From NCBI GenBank assembly GCA_002269645.1, contig NIVC01000237.1:434001-498000 (forward strand): a DNA stretch of 64,000 bases, in the 5' to 3' direction. The translations under genes and the position numbers were made by a program. Source of the stretch: Macrostomum lignano. Lineage: Eukaryota. Position 1 is the stretch's first letter. Every line of letters begins with the position of its first letter. Positions 58,994 through 64,000 of the stretch are shown here, piece after piece. A model generated the notes under the pieces. It did no database searches and was not told where the DNA came from. It worked only from the letters and a program-made list of their open reading frames with translations.

Positions 58994-59448
58994 ATTATGG
59001 ACATCAACGACGTGGCGCCACAGATGCCAAGAACGCTGGAGTTCGTGGTCGCGGAAAACTCCGCTCCGGGGCTGGCAGTCGGCCAAGTGCCTTGGACAGA
59101 CCCGGACGATGGACCCGGCGGCGAGGTTCAATTTGCTCTTTCCGACGAGCCGAGCTCGAACGTCGGAGAGGGTGCTGCTCAGAGTTTCCAAGTTTCTATG
59201 GAAGGCGTGATACGAACCAGCCGCAGCTTGGACCGCGAGGCTCAAGCCGATTATGCTTTCTGGCTTGTTGCAACCGACAACGGTCTGCCAACCCGTCTTA
59301 GTTCCAGTGCTGCAGTCTTTGTCAGAGTGCTGGATGTCAACGACTGCTCGCCGGTGTTTCAATTTCCCAGACCCAGTGCCGGCCATGGAAGTCACGCGGT
59401 TGCTGTTGGCGATGCGCCGGGCCACATCGTTTTGCAGGCGGCTGCCAG
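58994..59448 (+). CDS. Protocadherin-like gene, exon 4 (EC6, start of EC7)
   Basis: IMDINDVAP...LDRE...DVNDCSP; TTTCCACACAG acceptor, GT donor at 59449. Confidence 0.88.
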
Positions 59449-59540
59449 GTGCGATCCGTTTGCTCTGCTTAAATTCAAAGCGGATAATACGAGCTAACTC
59501 TTGGAGTTTTCTCCCCTGCATCCTCGAGGTCTGATCACTT

Positions 59541-60654
59541 GAATGACTGTCACTGTATTCTTAAAGGACTGTCAGACTGTCACTGTAATCTTGAAGGATT
59601 GTCACTGTGATCTTGAAGGACTGTCACTGTAGTCTTGAAGGACTGTCACTGTAGTCTTGAAGGACTGTTACTGTAGTCTTGAAGGATTGTCACTGTAGTC
59701 TTGAAGGACTGTCACTGTAGTCTTGAAGGATTGTCACTGTAGTCTTGAAGGACTGTCACTGTAGTCTTGAAGGACTGTCACTGTAGTCTTGAAGGACTGT
59801 CACTGTAGTCTTGAAGGATTGTCACTGTGATCTTGAAGGACTGTCACTGTAGTCTTGAAGGACTGTTACTGTAGTCTTGAAGGACTGTCACTGTAGTCTT
59901 GAAGGACTGTCACTGTAGTCTTGAAGGACTGTCACTGCAGTCTTGAAGGACTGTCACTGTAGTCTTGAAGGACTGTTACTGTAGTCTTGAAGGACTGTCA
60001 CTGCAGTCTTGAAGGACTGGCATTGTAGTCTGAAGGACTGTCACTGTAGTCTTGAAGGACTGTCACTGTAGTCTTGAAGGATTGTCACTGTAGTCTTGAA
60101 GGACTGTCACTGTAGTCTTGAAGGACTGTCACTGTAGTCTTGAAGGACTGGCATTGTAGTCTGAAGGACTGTCACTGTAGTCTTGAAGGACTGTCACTGT
60201 AGTCTTGAAGGATTGTCACTGTAGTCTTGAAGGACTGTCACTGTAGTCTTGAAGGACTGTCACTGTAGTCTTGAAGGACTGTCACTGTAGTCTTGAAGGA
60301 CTGTCACTGTAGTCTTGAAGGATTGTCACTGTAGTCTTGAAGGACTGTTACTGTAGTCTTGAAGGACTGTTACTGTAGTCTTGAAGGACTGTCACTGCAG
60401 TCTGGAAGGACTGTTACTGTAGTCTTGAAGGACTGTCACTGCAGTCTTGAAGGACTGTTACTGTAGTCTTGAAGGACTGTCACTGCAGTCTGGAAGGACT
60501 GTTACTGTAGTCTTGAAGGACTGTCACTGCAGTCTGGAAGGACTGTTACTGTAGTCTTGAAGGACTGTCACTGCAGTCTGGAAGGACTGTTACTGTAGTC
60601 TTGAAGGACTGTCACTGCAGTCTGGAAGGACTGTTACTGTGTAGTCTTGAAGGA
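59541..60654. repeat. Tandem satellite, 22-bp unit GAAGGACTGTCACTGTAGTCTT, about 50 copies, in protocadherin intron 4
   Basis: GACTGT recurs at 59641 and 59663 (period 22). Confidence 0.98.
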
Positions 60655-60935
60655 ACAACTTGAAGGAATATCTTGAAGGAATATCCACTAAAACAGACTT
60701 TCCTTTTTCTCCACTTTAGCTATTAGTTATGTTCTCAACATTTTTCCTTGCTGCAGCCCTGACTGAAGCCTTGAATTTTGGTAATGAAAAAAATATTGGA
60801 CCTTGAACAAATCAAGCAGCCAAGAAACACATAGTTATGTAAAGAAGAAAGAGGCTAAATCATAAATGTATTTATATTTTCCCTGGCACAAAATTTCGCT
60901 TTAACCTTGCTCAACTTCGCTTCGACACAAAAAAG

Positions 60936-61396
60936 CGACGCCGATGAAGCCGAGAACGGCCGCGTAGAGTTTTGGCTCGACGAAGCCGCCAGCAGTCGCG
61001 ACGTCGCGCTTAACTTCCGCTTCGAGCGTCGCAGCGGCCTGCTGCGTCTGCGCCGACGCCTGCCAAGACTTGGACAGCGCTGGCGACTCCGTCTGGTTGC
61101 CACCGACTGCGGCCGGCCACCGCTGACTGCGTCCGTCGATGTCGAAATTCAGTCAGTCGGTCGCTCTAGAAGAAATCGACCTTCTGCGTCCGTGGCGACA
61201 GCTTCGGCTGCGGCGCTGACCGGCCAGACGCTCGGCTGGGCTGCCGTCGGACTCATCGCCTGCGCGGCCTCGCTGCTAGCGGCCACGGTGGCTTTAGTTC
61301 TGCTGCGCTTGCCCTGTAGGCGTCAACTGCTTGGAAGACGAGACCCGGCCGCTGGAGCTGCCGCGGTGGCATCGAAGACATCAACGATGTCGGAAG
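60936..61396 (+). CDS. Protocadherin-like gene, exon 5 (EC7, transmembrane helix, start of tail); 3' end uncertain
   Basis: Phase-2 join gives AAS|DADEAENGRV; ATDCGRPPLTAS; TM LGWAAVGLIACAASLLAATVALVLL. The exon may end at the GT at 61397 or read on to the stop at 61443. Confidence 0.75.
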
Positions 61397-62644
61397 GTGC
61401 GCGCTTGCTGAATAATGATTCATTTACGGCCTGTTTATTATAACCGAGGATCTGACAGTCCTGACAGAAGTTTTGAAATCACGCAATTTTAACATTATTG
61501 AGTTAGTTGAAATCCTTCTACCGAAGAAATTTACATCCTTTCAGCCAGACTGAGCTACCAGTCGTCCGGTCCAGCCCCAGCGACAGTCGCCCTGATGGCC
61601 TGATGGCTCTCTATAATGGAGAATTAAGGCTAATGCTTCCGCGTACTCAAGGCTGTTCCATGGACAGGTGAAGTAGGTTTTCTTAGAAACGAGCTGGAGG
61701 CCGGTAAGGAACGCATGTCTGTCGTATGAGAGAGAGATCGGATTTTCCTCGACCGAATTTGTTTATGGCTATAGAGCCCACTAAATACTCCAGCGACACT
61801 AAAAATGCACGTCGTTCTTTGCCGACCTCCGGCCTACTTCGGTGTTTATTCGCTGTTTTTTATAACAGTCTTCTCTGTACACAAGGTTTAGATGCCTCGT
61901 GTCAATGAAATTTTTATTAAAGCTGAATCGGCTATGCAATTTGCACTACTAACAGTAGACGTCTGCAGAAAGCAAAGCTCTGGGTATTTAGAGTGCTCGA
62001 TGTTTTGTTGAGTGGCGGTTTGAACTCCTCAAGTCAAAATAGGAATCCGAAGCTGAGACTGGAAGCTTGCGCTGTCCAAGCGGCCTGTCCTCTCTCCTAT
62101 AAATACATTGCAGAGACCCCATTGTGGGTGGCCCAAAATACTATCGCAATACGCTGTGTTTGACTCATTTTGCAAGCGATTTTTCTAACTGAATTTGACA
62201 AACTGTAGCTTCAATAAGCATAACAGAGAAGCTCAAGCTGTTGCCATTCAGGAACCAGCTTCACTTTTTGACTCATTGTCAAAGTATGCTTGGATAGACT
62301 GTATGTGAACTGTATGAATACGGACTGAAAATGAGAAAATCTGTTAGCATGCTCGTGTGCATTCGTGCACCGGCTTTGCAGTCTACATGTACCTGCGGCA
62401 AGTGCTTACGTGTAGGTGAGAGCGTCATCACCATCAGTCCATAGTATTAATTAACTGGCTGGGTTAAGACTGCTGCAATTAATCAGGCCTTTGTGCCTGC
62501 AGGCGTACAGCTCTGAGCGTAAAACTACTGTGATTACGGGGGGCAGACTGCTTTATGAAAATTGAAACTCAAAGTAGGCTAAAAACTCAGCACGCGCATT
62601 TCTAATTAATTAAACAGCTGAGACTAAGCGCTGCTTGTTAAAAA

Positions 62645-63005
62645 AGCACGACTTGCGTCAGTGATGCTTGATCAGTCTCGGTGAGGCACACTATGTGTGT
62701 TTGCGTCATTGATGCTTGATCAGTCTCGGTGACGCACCCTATGTGTGTTTGCGTCAGTGATTCTTGATCAGTGTCAGTGCCGCACATTATGTGTGTTTGC
62801 GTCAGTGATGCTTGATCAGTCTCGGTGACGCACCCTATGTGTGTTTGCGTCAGTGATTCTTGATCAGTGTCAGTGCCGCACATTATGTGTGTTTGCGTCA
62901 GTGATGCTTGATCAGTGTCAGTGCCGCACATTATGTGTGTTTGCGTCAGTGATTCTTGATCAGTGTCAGTGCCGCACATTATGCGTGTTTGCGTCAGTGA
63001 TGCCT
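62645..63005. repeat. Minisatellite, 48-bp unit, about 7.5 copies
   Basis: TATGTGTGTTTGCGTCAGTGAT(T/G)CTTGATCAGT... in tandem; explains the 16-aa periodic ORF. Confidence 0.92.
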
Positions 63006-64000
63006 AACTATGTCGTCAGGGATGTTTAGTTTGCGTTAGTAACGCTTAATTAATCTGTCAACGACGCGGTAATGATTGAATCCTGTGTTTTGCGCCGTGG
63101 AATCTACATGTAAATTCGTAGTGGTTACAATTTACCAAAATTAAAATATTGAAAAACCCCCACCTCGCTACCTAGCAGCCTGCTAAAACTTAGAAACTTT
63201 GCTTTATTGCCGGTCTCTGGTCGCATTCCTTGAAGAAACGGCTTGATAAACTTGAGTACTACTTTGCAGAAAAGTTTCAGCGTCAGCGTCAGTGTAATAA
63301 TTGGAATCTCATGCTTGGTTCAACTAACCGAAACTTCTCATCGGAACCATGGATGGCCACTCAGGTACAGAAATATACAGTTACGGGAACTCTTAACTGG
63401 AAAATTCCATATTTCATCTTCTTTTCTTCTTTTCTTCTTTTCTATATTCGGAGAACCAGAAATGCCGGCTGCTCTGCTGCTCCCATCTCCATTTCTTCCG
63501 TTCGCTCCATCCGCACACCCCCAGGAAGCAGAGCGGCCCGGCCCAGGCCAGCATCCGCGGGGAATCCGAGAAGAGGTTCTGAGAAATAGTAATTAGTCTA
63601 CCGTCCGAACCTCTAGCGGGTCTGCAGCCGCCGCATAATCATTGCTGAGCAGTGCTCATTCACGGATTCTCAATTTCCTGCCAAGCTGGGACTATAGAAT
63701 TTCAGTTTCTCTCACCTGTATAAAGGTTTCTTGGAATATCCACAGTTGCTAGGCAAACCGGGCGGGCTGCGGGTACTTCGATTACACGATTTGAACGCTG
63801 CCGAGTCTGCTTATTTAGTGAGCAGTGCTCAAGGATTTGCGTAACATTAATTAACTTTTATAAATCTGTATATCTTCGGAGCCAGTTTATTCCACACCGG
63901 CTGCATTTTAGCTCCTGTCTAGAAGTAAAGGACATGCAGGCTGCCCGACCGCTAATGGACACAAATGCTTTGCAGTCCTGTGCTCCCATCCGCATCTGTT

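Noticed and set aside
62638-63596. ORFs near the window end
   Set aside because: The first are minisatellite translations; the others have no recognisable domain.

Overview
This is eukaryotic (animal) genomic DNA, not prokaryotic: it has spliceosomal GT-AG introns, satellites, a SINE, a LINE and an LTR element. Its style resembles a free-living flatworm such as Macrostomum, but that is an unverified inference. From left to right it contains: (1) the first two coding exons of SMNDC1/SPF30 and a four-exon aprataxin gene, both on the minus strand with satellite- and transposon-filled introns; (2) a minus-strand tandem array of six intact intronless ankyrin-repeat genes plus one truncated copy (16.9-34.5 kb), whose most upstream member carries an extra death-fold-like C-terminal domain; (3) a Mutator/foldback-type element carrying Ulp1-protease and PHD exons; (4) a young but disrupted Ty3/Gypsy LTR retrotransposon; (5) two tandem secreted single-WSC-domain genes, with an RTE LINE fragment and an inverted 114-bp copy of the neighbouring formin between them; (6) an intronless FMNL-like formin; (7) a seven-repeat protocadherin-like gene. 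The strongest candidate for an undescribed system is the ankyrin array. Its paralogs share near-identical nucleotide blocks on either side of a hypervariable central ankyrin window, each has a 3' splice-site-like sequence just before its ATG, and one copy adds a putative signalling domain. All alignments and splice calls were made by eye; no database searches were run.
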